DNA of 64,000 bases from contig OZ241869.1 of assembly GCA_965202805.1 (NCBI GenBank), forward strand, positions 2,624,001 through 2,688,000, given 5' to 3'. Below, in pieces: positions 27,189 through 37,316 of this stretch. Every line of letters starts with the position of its first letter. Position 1 is the stretch's first letter. A program made the position numbers and the translations under genes. The notes under the pieces were generated by a model. That model was not told where the DNA came from, did no database searches, and saw only the letters and a list, made by a program, of their open reading frames with translations. This DNA is from Longimicrobiales bacterium. GTDB lineage: Bacteria > Gemmatimonadota > Gemmatimonadetes > Longimicrobiales > Gaopeijiaceae.

Positions 27189-29829
27189 CGGTCTCGCCCC
27201 GCGCGCTGGTCTCGAGCGCCGCGCCGGACGCCACTTTCAGCTGCACCAGCCGCTGGCGCACGTCGCGTATGTCGTGGCGGCAGACGCCGGCCCGCTCCAT
27301 CAGTTTCGCCTCGCAGATGTTGCAGCGCACGCACTCGCGGAAGTCGATGCGCGGTCCCTCGATGGCCCCCGTGGGACAGGCCTGCTCGCACACCTTGCAG
27401 TGGTCGCAGTGCTCCACCCGGCGGATGCGGAAGGGCGACACCGTGGAGGCAACCGCGAGCGCCGCGCCCAGCGGGCAGGCGTAGCGGCAGTAGAAGCGGG
27501 GCACGATCGCCGAGGCCACCAGCACCGCCCCCGCGATACCCCAGAGCACGATGGACGAACTCAGGAAGAAGACGGTTCCGAAGGGCTCGAAGAAGGGAAA
27601 GATGCTCGCCCGGCTGCCCGCCAGCGCCGGGAGCAGGACAGCCGCCAGAACCAGGTACTTGACGAGGTACAGGCGCTCGTGCAGGGCGCGCGGCAGCTCT
27701 CGCTTGAACTTCCGGGGAACCACCTTCTCCAGGAGGTCCTGCAGGACTCCGAAGGGGCACAGGAAGCCGCAGAACACGCGCCCCACCAGCAGCGTCGTGA
27801 CCACGGTGAACACCACGAACAGGAGCAGCGGGATGTCCTCCAGAAACACCCCCGGCCCCACGGAGATGGCCGCGGTGATGTGCGACACCGAGAGGAAGCC
27901 GCCGTCGAACCATCCCAGGTAGAGGAAGGTCGCGACCAGGGCCACCCAGCGCAGCCGGTCGCGCTTCAGGAAGAACGCCACCGTGACCAGCGCCAGCAGC
28001 CCCAGCATCCACGCGACTTCCGCGGGGGAGGTGCGCGCCAGCGTGCGCTCGAGGACGGTCTGGTCCTCGGCGAGGGAGAAATCCAGGTCGGGTTGGGGGG
28101 ACGCGGCCGCAGGGTCATCAGGGGATGGGGGGCCGCCCACAGGCGCTGCTTCGGTGGGAACGGCCTCGCCCCTCGTCCCGGGGTCACCTGCGGCTGCGGC
28201 GTCATCCGGCATCCGCGGATCGCCCCCCTGAGCAGCCTCAGCGGCATCGCCCCTCGTCCCCGGATCGCCCCCCTGAGCAGCCTCAGCGGCATCCTCCTCC
28301 GACACCGTCGCCGCACTATCCTCGGGCGCGTCTCGCGCGACCTCCCTGGCCACAGGAATTTCGTTCGGGCTCGAAACGGCCGACGACGGATCGACTGCGG
28401 CCGATGACGGCTCGCCCGCGGCAGTTTCCGGCTCATCTGCGGCAATATCCGACGGCGGTGCGACAGTATCCGACGTCTGTGTGGCAATATCCGATGTCTG
28501 TACGACAATAACCGGCGTCTGTACGACAATATCCGCCATCCGCGCGGCATTCTCCGGAGCGGCCGCGGCATCCGCCGGCTCAGCCGCCGGTTCAGCGGGA
28601 TCGGGGTCCTCCCCGGCAGGCGCATCTTCCGCCGGAGGCGCGTCTTCCGCGACGATCCGCTCCGCGAGCTGCGGCGGCGGATACTCCGTCGAATAGAGAT
28701 CCATCCCGGGACGGAGATCGAAATAGATTTCGAAGCCCCGCTCGACATCGAGGGCGCCCGGCACCGCCATCACCCCGACGTTGCGGAACTGTCCCGACAC
28801 CATCCCGCTGCGCGGCTCCCCCAGCATGACGACGTCCGGGTTGTCCATGTCGAGGGTGTCGGCGCCCTGCACCAGCGAGAGCGTGCGCGGATAGAAGAGG
28901 AGGGCCAGCGCGCCATCGACTCCGACGAGCATCAGATGGTCTTCCTGCGTCCGCTCCCCGAACTGTTCCGCCACCTCGCCGAATCTGCTTCGGCCGACCA
29001 GCATCTCCCCGACGGAATCGCTGCGGATGTGCGCGAAGGAGAGCACGATGCGGGTGACGTCGTTCTCGAGCACATGGATCTGCGGCACCAGCTCGCCCGC
29101 GACCATGTCCGACCAGGACAGCTCGTCCAGCTCATCGATGCCGATGGTCAGGAGCGAGCCGCCGGATTCGGCGGACGGCCGGGTGGCCAGGTAGTTGGCG
29201 TACACCCGGCGCGCGGAGGCGCGGATGCCGCGCGACATGGCCGAGACCGAGATCGTGGCCCGCGAAACCACCCGGACATCGCGCTTGGCGCGGAAGGGGT
29301 CGGAGATGGATTTGCCCGTGAACTGGGCCTCGTAACCCGGGGTGCGCAGGAAATCGCCGCGGGTGCGGATGTAGGACTCGACGTAGTGGGTGACCCGCAC
29401 ACCGGTGAGGGTCCCTTCCCGGTCCATCCCCACCAGCACCTCGATGGGGCCGTTGTAGCCGAGTTCCTCCGGAGGCACGTCGGACGTCAGGAAGGCGTAG
29501 CCGACCACGGCTTCCTCGTCCGGGACCTCGGCGGCGTAGCCCACGATCACCCGCGGGTCGCCGTCGCGCACCTCGAAGGAGATGGCGCCCGGCAATACCT
29601 CCTCCACGAGACTCTGCGGGAACGGGAAGCCGTCCAGGACTTCCTGGCCGAGGGCGGGGGCGGTCGCAAACGCGTTTGCGACCACCGTGATCGCGAGGAC
29701 GCATGCCGCCGCCGTCACCCACGCGGCCGCGCCCATGACCCAGGCAGGCGCGCCGGGGGACGCCGTGGCCCGTGCGACGGCCGCGACCCGCGCCACCCTC
29801 CTTCCCTCCCGCGCGTCAGGCATCCACAC
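27181..29829 (-). CDS. NosR/NirI-like membrane protein: periplasmic FMN-binding domain plus TM segment with 4Fe-4S motifs
   Basis: GYNGPIEVLVGMD...VVSRATIS (FMN_bind); GRVFCGFLCPFG, EPF, RFYCRYACPLG, CDHCKVCEQACP, ECVRCNIC; start uncertain. Confidence 0.85.
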   Translation of the reverse strand: MWMPDAREGRRVARVAAVARATASPGAPAWVMGAAAWVTAAACVLAITVVANAFATAPALGQEVLDGFPFPQSLVEEVLPGAISFEVRDGDPRVIVGYAAEVPDEEAVVGYAFLTSDVPPEELGYNGPIEVLVGMDREGTLTGVRVTHYVESYIRTRGDFLRTPGYEAQFTGKSISDPFRAKRDVRVVSRATISVSAMSRGIRASARRVYANYLATRPSAESGGSLLTIGIDELDELSWSDMVAGELVPQIHVLENDVTRIVLSFAHIRSDSVGEMLVGRSRFGEVAEQFGERTQEDHLMLVGVDGALALLFYPRTLSLVQGADTLDMDNPDVVMLGEPRSGMVSGQFRNVGVMAVPGALDVERGFEIYFDLRPGMDLYSTEYPPPQLAERIVAEDAPPAEDAPAGEDPDPAEPAAEPADAAAAPENAARMADIVVQTPVIVVQTSDIATQTSDTVAPPSDIAADEPETAAGEPSSAAVDPSSAVSSPNEIPVAREVARDAPEDSAATVSEEDAAEAAQGGDPGTRGDAAEAAQGGDPRMPDDAAAAGDPGTRGEAVPTEAAPVGGPPSPDDPAAASPQPDLDFSLAEDQTVLERTLARTSPAEVAWMLGLLALVTVAFFLKRDRLRWVALVATFLYLGWFDGGFLSVSHITAAISVGPGVFLEDIPLLLFVVFTVVTTLLVGRVFCGFLCPFGVLQDLLEKVVPRKFKRELPRALHERLYLVKYLVLAAVLLPALAGSRASIFPFFEPFGTVFFLSSSIVLWGIAGAVLVASAIVPRFYCRYACPLGAALAVASTVSPFRIRRVEHCDHCKVCEQACPTGAIEGPRIDFRECVRCNICEAKLMERAGVCRHDIRDVRQRLVQLKVASGAALETSARGETGA
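28165..28293. repeat. 45-nt period repeat in the NosR-like linker
   Basis: CGGATCGCCCCCCTGAGCAGCCTCAGCGGCATC at 28216 and 28261 (DAAEAAQGGDP). Confidence 0.8.
28441..28566. repeat. 21-nt tandem repeat, about 6 units, in the NosR-like linker
   Basis: GRCAATATCCG-like unit starts at 28441, 28462, 28483, 28504, 28525 and 28546. Confidence 0.8.
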
Positions 29830-32053
29830 GCGCGAGCCGGAGGGCGTTGGCGGTCACCAGCAGCGAGACGCCCACATCACCCACCAGGACCGCCGTGATC
29901 AGCGAGACCATCCCGAGCGGCACGCCGACCACCAGGACGAGCTTCACCAGCAGGGCGGTGGTGATGTTCTGGCGGATGACCGCCCGAGACTTGCGCGACA
30001 GCCGGAACAGGTAGGGCAGGCGGGTGAGGTCGTCGCCCATCAGCGCCACGTCCGCGCTCTCGATGGCGGCGTCGCTCCCGGCCGCTCCCATGGCGATGCC
30101 CACCGAGGCGGCCGCGAGCGAGGGCGCGTCGTTCACGCCGTCGCCCACCATCGCGACCCGGCCGTGCTCCCGCTCGAGCGCCTTGAGCGCCTCCACTTTC
30201 TCGTGCGGGAGCAGCCTGGCCATCACCTCGTCCACCCCGGTCTCCCCCGCGACCCGGCGGCCGGTCGCGGCGTCGTCGCCGGTCAGCATCACGACCGGCC
30301 GGATGCCCATGCCGTGCAGCCCCCCCACCGCCACCCGCGCCTGCTTGCGGGCCCGGTCCTCCAGGGAGATCCACCCCAGCGGCCCGTCCTCGTCCGCCAC
30401 GACCACCACCGTGCGGCCATCGCCGGCCATGCCCGCGGGTGGTTCGCCGAGCCCCAGGACGGCCGGCTTGCCGACGAAGTGGCGCACGCCGTCCAGGCGG
30501 GCCGTGACGCCCTCGCCCCGGCGGGTGGCGAAGTCGCGCACGGCGTAGTGCGCGTGGATCTCGCGCCTGACCGCCTCCTCGTGGATCGCGCGCGCGACCG
30601 GGTGCTCCGATCGGGCCTCCACGGCGGACGCGCGCGCCAGCACCGTGGCCGGTGGCGCCCCCCGGGTCGAGCGCACCTCGCGCACCTCCAGGTGCCCGAC
30701 CGTGAGCGTGCCGGTCTTGTCCATCGCCATGGCCCGCACGCCGCTCATCGCCTCCAGGTAGACCCCGCCCTTGATCAGCACCCCGCGGCGCGCGGCGGCC
30801 GTGATGCCGCTCACCACCGCCACCGGGGTGGAGATCACCAGCGCGCACGGGCAGGCGATCACCAGCAGGGTGAGCCCCCGCACCAGCCAGGTGACGAAAT
30901 CCGCGCCCGCGAGGGTCGGCACCGCGACCACCAGCACGGCCGCGACGGTGATCGCCGGCGTGTACCGGCGCGCGAAGCGGGCCACCAACCGTTCCGTCTT
31001 CGCCTTCTCCGCCCCGGCCCGCTCCACCAGCTCCACGATGCGCGCGAGCGAGCTCGAGTCGGCGGGCTTCTCCGTGCGGATGTGCATGAAGCCGTCGCGG
31101 GTGATGGTGCCGGCGAAGACCGGGTCGCCGGGGTCCTTGTCCACCGGGAGCGACTCCCCGGTGAGGGGCGACTCGTCCACCGCCGAGCCCCCCTCCAGCA
31201 CGCTGCCGTCGACCGGAATCCGCTCGCCGGGGCGCACCACCACAACATCCCCGACCGCGACCGCGGAGGCCCGCACCGTTTCCTCCACCCCGCCGCGCAG
31301 CACCACGGCCGTCTTGGGGGCGAGGTCCATCAGCGACTCCATCGACGCCCGCGCGCGGTCGACGGCGTAGCTCTCCAGCAGCTCGGCGATCGAGAACAGG
31401 AAGGCGATCGCCGCGGCCTCCAGGTACTCCCCGATCGCGATCGCTCCCAGGATCGCCACGGTCATCAGGAAGTTCATGTCCAGCGAGAGAGCGCGCGCGG
31501 CACGCACCCCGTCCGGCATGAACCTCCATCCGGCGACCAGGGCCGAGGCGACGAACAGGAGCGACGGAATCCGCACCTCGTTCAGCGGCAGCGTGAACAG
31601 CAGCGTTCCCGCCCCTGCCAACTGGAGCGCGAGCCCGACCGCGAACAGCGCCGCCGACGCGTACGTGATGCGCGCGTCCCGCGTCGCCCAGGTCGCGGTG
31701 GCGCGCTCCCGCCGGGCGCCGGTATCCGGCTCGGCCAGGTGCCCGAGTCGCCCGATCGCCCGCCGCACCTCGTCGGCCGCCACCCGGCCGGGGTCGACCT
31801 CAACGGTGACCGTGCGGCCCACCAGGCTGGCCCCCACCCCCATCACCCCGTCGACCTTGCGCAGTCCGTCCTCGATGCGGGTCACACAGTGCGAGCAGTC
31901 CATGTCCCGCACCCGGAAGCGGACCGCGGTCGCGGCGCCCCCGGCCGGCGCGGTACCCCCGGCCATCGCGGCGTCCCCGGCCGTCGCGGTACCTCCGGCC
32001 GGCGCGGCACCATCGCCGTTCCCACCCGCCACCACGTCGCCCCGCACCGCCAT
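29816..32053 (-). CDS. Heavy-metal translocating P1B-type ATPase (ZntA/CadA-like)
   Basis: HMA MDCSHC, TGES, CPC, DKTGTLT, SEHP, MLTGD, GDGVNDAP, K and DVG in late TMs. Confidence 0.92.
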   Translation of the reverse strand: MAVRGDVVAGGNGDGAAPAGGTATAGDAAMAGGTAPAGGAATAVRFRVRDMDCSHCVTRIEDGLRKVDGVMGVGASLVGRTVTVEVDPGRVAADEVRRAIGRLGHLAEPDTGARRERATATWATRDARITYASAALFAVGLALQLAGAGTLLFTLPLNEVRIPSLLFVASALVAGWRFMPDGVRAARALSLDMNFLMTVAILGAIAIGEYLEAAAIAFLFSIAELLESYAVDRARASMESLMDLAPKTAVVLRGGVEETVRASAVAVGDVVVVRPGERIPVDGSVLEGGSAVDESPLTGESLPVDKDPGDPVFAGTITRDGFMHIRTEKPADSSSLARIVELVERAGAEKAKTERLVARFARRYTPAITVAAVLVVAVPTLAGADFVTWLVRGLTLLVIACPCALVISTPVAVVSGITAAARRGVLIKGGVYLEAMSGVRAMAMDKTGTLTVGHLEVREVRSTRGAPPATVLARASAVEARSEHPVARAIHEEAVRREIHAHYAVRDFATRRGEGVTARLDGVRHFVGKPAVLGLGEPPAGMAGDGRTVVVVADEDGPLGWISLEDRARKQARVAVGGLHGMGIRPVVMLTGDDAATGRRVAGETGVDEVMARLLPHEKVEALKALEREHGRVAMVGDGVNDAPSLAAASVGIAMGAAGSDAAIESADVALMGDDLTRLPYLFRLSRKSRAVIRQNITTALLVKLVLVVGVPLGMVSLITAVLVGDVGVSLLVTANALRLARVDA

Positions 32054-32066
32054 CTTCGTCGTGCGG

Positions 32067-33353
32067 CTAGACCGACGCCGCCACCGGCTCGCGGGCCGCG
32101 CCCGCATAGGGCGACTCCAGCCGGTACTCCGGCCGCGCTTCGAGGAAGGCGGCCACCCGGCCCTCCCGGGTCACCGCCTCGGCGATGAAGTCCAGCGCCT
32201 CCTGCAGGCGCTCGTCGGAAGCCGCGCAGCTGAAGCGCAGGAACCCGGCCCCGGCGTCGCCGAAGCACTCGCCGCCCAGGCAGGCGACCCCGAAGTCGTC
32301 GTCCGCCCCCTCGAGCAGGTACATCGCCAGGCCGTGGCTGGTGATGCCGAGCCGGTTGCACACCGGCGCCACCTTCGGAAAAACGTAGAACGTCGCGTGC
32401 GGATCCAGCGACGAGAACCCGTCGATCCGGTTGAGCCCCTCCGTCAGCAGCTCCACCTTGCGGCGGAACCGGCGCATGGCGGCCTCGCGCTCGGCGCCGT
32501 CCCGCTCGAGCGCCGCCACCCCCGCCAGCTGAATGAAGGGCGGCGCGCACGACACGCTCGTGTTGATCATCTTGCCGATGGCCTCGACGGTCTCGGGCGC
32601 CGACACCGCGAACCCCAGGCGCCAGCCGCCCATGCTGTACGACTTGCTGAAGGTGTAGGCGGCCACCGAGCGCTCCATCATCCCGGGCTGCGCCAGCGGC
32701 GACACGTGCTTCCCCTTCCACACCATGTGGCAGTAGGGCTCATCGCTGAAGACGGCGACGCGGGTGCCCCGAACCAGCTCCGCGATGCCGCGAAAATCCT
32801 CCTCCGTGGCCACGCCCCCGGTGGGATTGTGGGGCGAATTCAGGAAGATGGCCCTGGGCCGGGGATCCTCGGCGATGAATCGCTCGACCGCGGCCAGGCT
32901 CGGGCGGAAGGCGTCCTCCTGGCGAAGCGGCGTGAACACCGGACGCCCCCCGCGCCTGAGGATGTTGGGCACGTAGGTCGGGAAGTACGGGCTGAAGACC
33001 AGGACCCCGTCCCCCGGATCCACGAACGCCTCGCAGAAGTACTGCTCGAAGACCTTGGTGCCGGTGGCGATGACGACGTTGTCGCGGCCCGCGGGCACAC
33101 CGAACTCGCGCTGCATGTAGCGCGCGGCCGCGTCGCGCAGCTCCGGGAGCCCCAGGGAAGCGCAGTAGCGCGTCTGGCCCGCGGCGATGGCTTCCCGCCC
33201 CGCCTCGGCCGCCGCGCTCGTGGTCGCGAACGGGCTGTCGCCGATCTCGAGCTCGACGACGTCCTTCCCCTCTGACTGAAGCCGCTTGGCGACCGCCAGC
33301 ACGGTAAAGGCGGCTTCCGCCGTCAGCGACCGCGCGAACCCGCTCAGTTCCAT
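32067..33353 (-). CDS. PLP-dependent class I/II aminotransferase (aspartate aminotransferase-like)
   Basis: NSPHNPTG, SDEPY, FSKSYSMGGWRLG. Confidence 0.9.
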   Translation of the reverse strand: MELSGFARSLTAEAAFTVLAVAKRLQSEGKDVVELEIGDSPFATTSAAAEAGREAIAAGQTRYCASLGLPELRDAAARYMQREFGVPAGRDNVVIATGTKVFEQYFCEAFVDPGDGVLVFSPYFPTYVPNILRRGGRPVFTPLRQEDAFRPSLAAVERFIAEDPRPRAIFLNSPHNPTGGVATEEDFRGIAELVRGTRVAVFSDEPYCHMVWKGKHVSPLAQPGMMERSVAAYTFSKSYSMGGWRLGFAVSAPETVEAIGKMINTSVSCAPPFIQLAGVAALERDGAEREAAMRRFRRKVELLTEGLNRIDGFSSLDPHATFYVFPKVAPVCNRLGITSHGLAMYLLEGADDDFGVACLGGECFGDAGAGFLRFSCAASDERLQEALDFIAEAVTREGRVAAFLEARPEYRLESPYAGAAREPVAASV

Positions 33354-33553
33354 GGCCACTCGTCAATTCTCCGTTTGTCGTTGCGTGGGCGCGAGATGGG
33401 CAGCGGCGTTATTCGCAGGACATCATGCGCAGCGCTGCCCGGACCGGAATGATAGGCGACCCTCCCCGCCGACCGGAAGGGTAGGCGCCGGTTGCGCTGG
33501 CCGCCAGACTGGACGGGATGCGTGATGCAGAATTAGAAGGTGTTGGGTGTTGG

Positions 33554-33605
33554 CCTAAATTTAGTCGCTGACCTTAATTTAGCCCGCAGCCTAATCCCAT
33601 CTAAA
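33554..33605. promoter_or_regulatory. AT-rich putative operator array between divergent genes
   Basis: CTAAATTTAG (33555), CTTAATTTAG (33573) and CTAAT (33591) on an 18-bp period, i.e. two TTAG-N8-CTWA dyads. Confidence 0.4.
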
Positions 33606-33735
33606 TCCTGGGTGACGGCCGTGCAGGCTCACCGCCCCCGGCCCGCCTTGCCCATACTCCACGCCATCTTCATCTTGCGATGCTCGCTCCGTTGTGCGAG
33701 GCGATGAACATCTGTTTGGAAGGGGGACGCGGAAG

Positions 33736-35757
33736 ATGACAGGAAAGGACCGTCAATCACGGATGCCGGCCACGCGGGGCTGGTGCTGGCTGGCCCTTAT
33801 TTCGCTCGGCGCGGGCGCGTGCGCCCAGACCTCGGATGCGGGACCGGCCGGGAGCGTGGTCACCGAGGGCGACTGGGCCTACATCGGCGGCGACGCCGGC
33901 AGCCAGCGCTACACGGAGCTCACGCAGATCAACCCCGCCAACTTCGACCAGCTCGAAGTGGACTGGATCTGGGACGGCTCCGCGTATCCTAACGTTAACG
34001 CGCGCGCGACCCCCATCTACGTCAACGGCAAGCTGATCAGCGTCGCGGGCGAGAAGCGCCACGTGATCGCCACCGATCCTGCATCCGGCAAGGTGCTCTG
34101 GGACTGGGTCGAGCCCGAGACCTTCCGCTGGGAGTACTCGATGCGGAAGAACCACGGCAAGGGCGTCGCATACGCGAACGTCGACGGCCGCGACATCGTC
34201 TACGTGGTCACGCCCGCCTTCTTCCTGCACGCGCTCGACGCCGAAACCGGCGAGCCCATCGAGGGCTTCGGCGGTTCGGTGGACATCGAGGGCTTCCCGA
34301 AGACCGGGACCGTGGATCTGCTCGCGGACCTGGGCCACGAATACGATCCGTACATGGGGGTCCCGCTGGAGAAGGGCTACATCACCAGTTCGTCCCCGGC
34401 CATCGTGGTCAACGGCGTGATCATCGTCGGAAACTCCGCCGAGCAGGGATACAACCAGTCGCGCATGGAGAACATCCCGGGCGACATCCTCGCCTATGAC
34501 GCGCGCACCGGCGAGTTCCTGTGGAAGTTCGACGTGCTGCCCGGTCCCGGCGAGTTCGGGCACGAGACCTGGGAGAACGACGCCTGGGAGTGGACCGGCG
34601 ACATCTCGTCGTGGGCGCCGCTTTCGGCCGACCCCGGGCTGGGGCTCGTCTACATCCCCACCAACGGGGCCACGCAGGACTTCTACGGCGGCTTCCGCCC
34701 CGGCGACAACCTGTTCAGCACGAGCCTCATAGCGCTCGACGTGCAGACCGGCGAGCGGGTCTGGCACTACCAGCTCGTCCATCACGACATCTGGAACTAC
34801 GACACCTCCACCGCGCCGATGCTGGTGGACGTGACCGTCGACGGGGAAGACATCCCCGCCATCGTGCAGATCACCAAGCAGTCCTTCGCCTACGCCTTCA
34901 ACCGCGCGACCGGCGAGCCCATCTGGCCCATCGAGGAGAAGCCGGTGCCGAAGTCGAAGGTGCCGGGGGAGAAGCTGGCCGAGACGCAGCCGCATCCGAC
35001 CTGGCCCCTTCCGTACGACATGCAGGGTCTGAGCGTGGACGACCTGGTCGACTTCACGCCCGAGCTGCGCCAGGCCGCGCTCGACCTGCTCGAGCCCTAC
35101 GACTGGGGTCCGTTCTTCCAGCCCCCGCTGCACCGCGACAACGACGAGGGCAAGCTGGGCTCGATCTGGTGCCCCGGCGACGTGGGCGGCACCAACATCG
35201 ACGGCACGCCCGCGGTGGATCCCGAAAGCGGAGTCATCTTCGTGACCTCACAGAAGGGATGCTCGTCGCGGCTGGTGGTGCCCGGCCACGAGGTCGACGA
35301 GAGGGTGGAGGCACCCACCGGCACGACCATCAACGACTTCGCGGTGTTGGGCGGCGCGCGCATCGGGCGCGTGCAGGGGCTGCCGATGTACAAGCCCCCG
35401 TACAGCAAGATCACCGCGATCGACATGAACACCGGCGAGCACCTCTGGTGGATCCCGGTGGGCGACACCCCCAACAACGTGCTCAATCATCCCGCGCTGG
35501 AAGGGATCGATATCCCCAACACAGGGACTGGCAGGCAGGCGGCGCAGATCGTGACCCCGGACATGCTCATGTACACGGGCAACGCGAGCGACAACACCCC
35601 CATGCTTTACGCCGTCGACAAGGCGACGGGGGAGCGGCTGGGCCAGGTCGAACTCCCCGGCAACCCGCGCTACGGCATGATGACCTACATGCACGAGGGC
35701 AAGCAGCGGGTGGTGATCCAGGCGCCGAACATGCTGATGGCGATGAGTCTGCCGTAG
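33736..35757 (+). CDS. PQQ-dependent dehydrogenase (quinoprotein glucose/quinate dehydrogenase-like), likely lipoprotein
   Basis: WAYIGGDAGSQRY, HHDIWNYD, D/A-x-T-G-x-x-x-W PQQ repeats, KPPYSKITAIDMNTGE; AGAC lipobox-like leader. Confidence 0.88.
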   Translation: MTGKDRQSRMPATRGWCWLALISLGAGACAQTSDAGPAGSVVTEGDWAYIGGDAGSQRYTELTQINPANFDQLEVDWIWDGSAYPNVNARATPIYVNGKLISVAGEKRHVIATDPASGKVLWDWVEPETFRWEYSMRKNHGKGVAYANVDGRDIVYVVTPAFFLHALDAETGEPIEGFGGSVDIEGFPKTGTVDLLADLGHEYDPYMGVPLEKGYITSSSPAIVVNGVIIVGNSAEQGYNQSRMENIPGDILAYDARTGEFLWKFDVLPGPGEFGHETWENDAWEWTGDISSWAPLSADPGLGLVYIPTNGATQDFYGGFRPGDNLFSTSLIALDVQTGERVWHYQLVHHDIWNYDTSTAPMLVDVTVDGEDIPAIVQITKQSFAYAFNRATGEPIWPIEEKPVPKSKVPGEKLAETQPHPTWPLPYDMQGLSVDDLVDFTPELRQAALDLLEPYDWGPFFQPPLHRDNDEGKLGSIWCPGDVGGTNIDGTPAVDPESGVIFVTSQKGCSSRLVVPGHEVDERVEAPTGTTINDFAVLGGARIGRVQGLPMYKPPYSKITAIDMNTGEHLWWIPVGDTPNNVLNHPALEGIDIPNTGTGRQAAQIVTPDMLMYTGNASDNTPMLYAVDKATGERLGQVELPGNPRYGMMTYMHEGKQRVVIQAPNMLMAMSLP

Positions 35758-35792
35758 GGGGAGGATGACGCCGGATTCCGAGGAAGGGTGGC

Positions 35793-36674
35793 GTGACCTC
35801 TGAGGGGCAGTCCCTGGGCAACCGCATCCTCCAGTTCGGGGCGACCCGCATCGTTCTGGCCACGCTGGCCATCGTTGCGGCCATCTTCGTGGTCCAACTC
35901 GTGGTCGGTGGTCTGCACGAGATCCTGGGCTTTGGACCGCTGGGCCAGAACACGCTCCAGTACGTCATCCCGATGGTGGTCGCGGTCCACTTCGCGTACA
36001 TCGGCTACGTCCGCCTCGTGGAGCGGCGCCGGGCCGACGAGTTGTCCGGAAAGGGCGCTGTGCGCGAGACCGGCGCGGGAATCGCGGTGGGTGCGGGTCT
36101 GCTCGTCGCCACCATCGGCGCCATCGCGGCGCTGGGATTCTACCAGGTTACCGGGTCCAACCCTGTGAGCGCAGTGGTGCCGACGCTCGCCATGGCCGTG
36201 GCCTCCGGGTACGCGGAGGAGGTGCTGTTCCGCGGCGTGCTCTTCCGCATCATCGAGGAGAGCCTGGGCACCTGGATCGCCCTGGCGCTCACAGCGCTCA
36301 TGTTCGGCTTCGCGCACATGATGAACCCCAACGCGACGCTGTTCAGTTCGTTCACCATCGCCATGGAGGCGGGTGTGCTGCTGGGCGCCGCCTACGTTCT
36401 TACCCGGCGGCTCTGGCTCGCGGTGGGCATCCACTTCGCCTGGAACTTCACCCAGGGGGGCATCTTCGGCGTCCGGGTCTCCGGGTTCACCATGGATGGG
36501 CTGCTCGAGTCGGAGCTGAGCGGCCCCACGTTGCTGTCAGGGGGAGAGTTCGGGGTGGAGGCGTCGATCTTCGCGCTGGCGCTGGGGGTGGGAACCGGGG
36601 TCTGGTTCCTGGTCCGGGCCGGGCGCAAGGGGCACTTCATCGCGCCGTTCTGGAGGAGGGCAAGGGGCGCCTGA
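35793..36674 (+). CDS. CPBP (CAAX protease/Abi) family intramembrane metalloprotease
   Basis: EEVLFRG, FGFAH, H-FAWN motifs; multi-TM. Confidence 0.9.
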   Translation: MTSEGQSLGNRILQFGATRIVLATLAIVAAIFVVQLVVGGLHEILGFGPLGQNTLQYVIPMVVAVHFAYIGYVRLVERRRADELSGKGAVRETGAGIAVGAGLLVATIGAIAALGFYQVTGSNPVSAVVPTLAMAVASGYAEEVLFRGVLFRIIEESLGTWIALALTALMFGFAHMMNPNATLFSSFTIAMEAGVLLGAAYVLTRRLWLAVGIHFAWNFTQGGIFGVRVSGFTMDGLLESELSGPTLLSGGEFGVEASIFALALGVGTGVWFLVRAGRKGHFIAPFWRRARGA

Positions 36675-36716
36675 GACCTCCGCAGGGGACTCCCAGCCGG
36701 ATACCCCCCGGACCGA

Positions 36717-37316
36717 TCAGCCGGGATTGTGGACGCCGATCACGCCGCACCCGACCCGGGCGCCCGCGCCACCGGTCGGCTGGGTCGTGAAGTCATCCGC
36801 GCCCGCGTGGACGATGACGGCGCGCCCCAGGATGCTGTGGTCCCCCTGCAGCTTGATGACGGCGTCCAGCCGGTTCATCGTGGCGTGGCCGCGTGCGTCC
36901 GCCGTGATGTTCCCCAGGTCGCCGACGTGCCGCACCGCCGCGTCCGGGCCCCCGTGGTCGCTGCCCGTGGGGTTGAAGTGGCCGCCCGCCGTCTTGCCGT
37001 CGCCACCGGAACAGTCTCCGAACTCGTGGATGTGGAACCCGTGGTCGCCTGGGGACAGGCCGATCACATCGGCCACGACGCGAACCCGGCCGCTCTCGTT
37101 CGTGAAGGTGACCGTACCGGAGACGGAGTTGCCCGTGGTGGGGTGAATCACCGCCACCGCCTGGTCGGTCCTGGGTCCAAGCAGCGTCTCGGTGCAGCCC
37201 GTCCAGGTCAGGACAACGGTCGCGAGCGCCGCGAAGCGCCCGACGATCCGAAGGAGGCGTGCGCACCGACGGTGGCTCATCGGGTCGATGTCACGACAGC
37301 GAGTCATGGCCGACAT
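36717..37316 (-). CDS. sodC: Cu/Zn superoxide dismutase, exported or lipoprotein
   Basis: HGFHIHEFGDC, GGHFNP, RHVGDLGN, VIVHAGADD, GGAGARVGCGVI; start 37316 or 37280. Confidence 0.92.
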   Translation of the reverse strand: MSAMTRCRDIDPMSHRRCARLLRIVGRFAALATVVLTWTGCTETLLGPRTDQAVAVIHPTTGNSVSGTVTFTNESGRVRVVADVIGLSPGDHGFHIHEFGDCSGGDGKTAGGHFNPTGSDHGGPDAAVRHVGDLGNITADARGHATMNRLDAVIKLQGDHSILGRAVIVHAGADDFTTQPTGGAGARVGCGVIGVHNPG

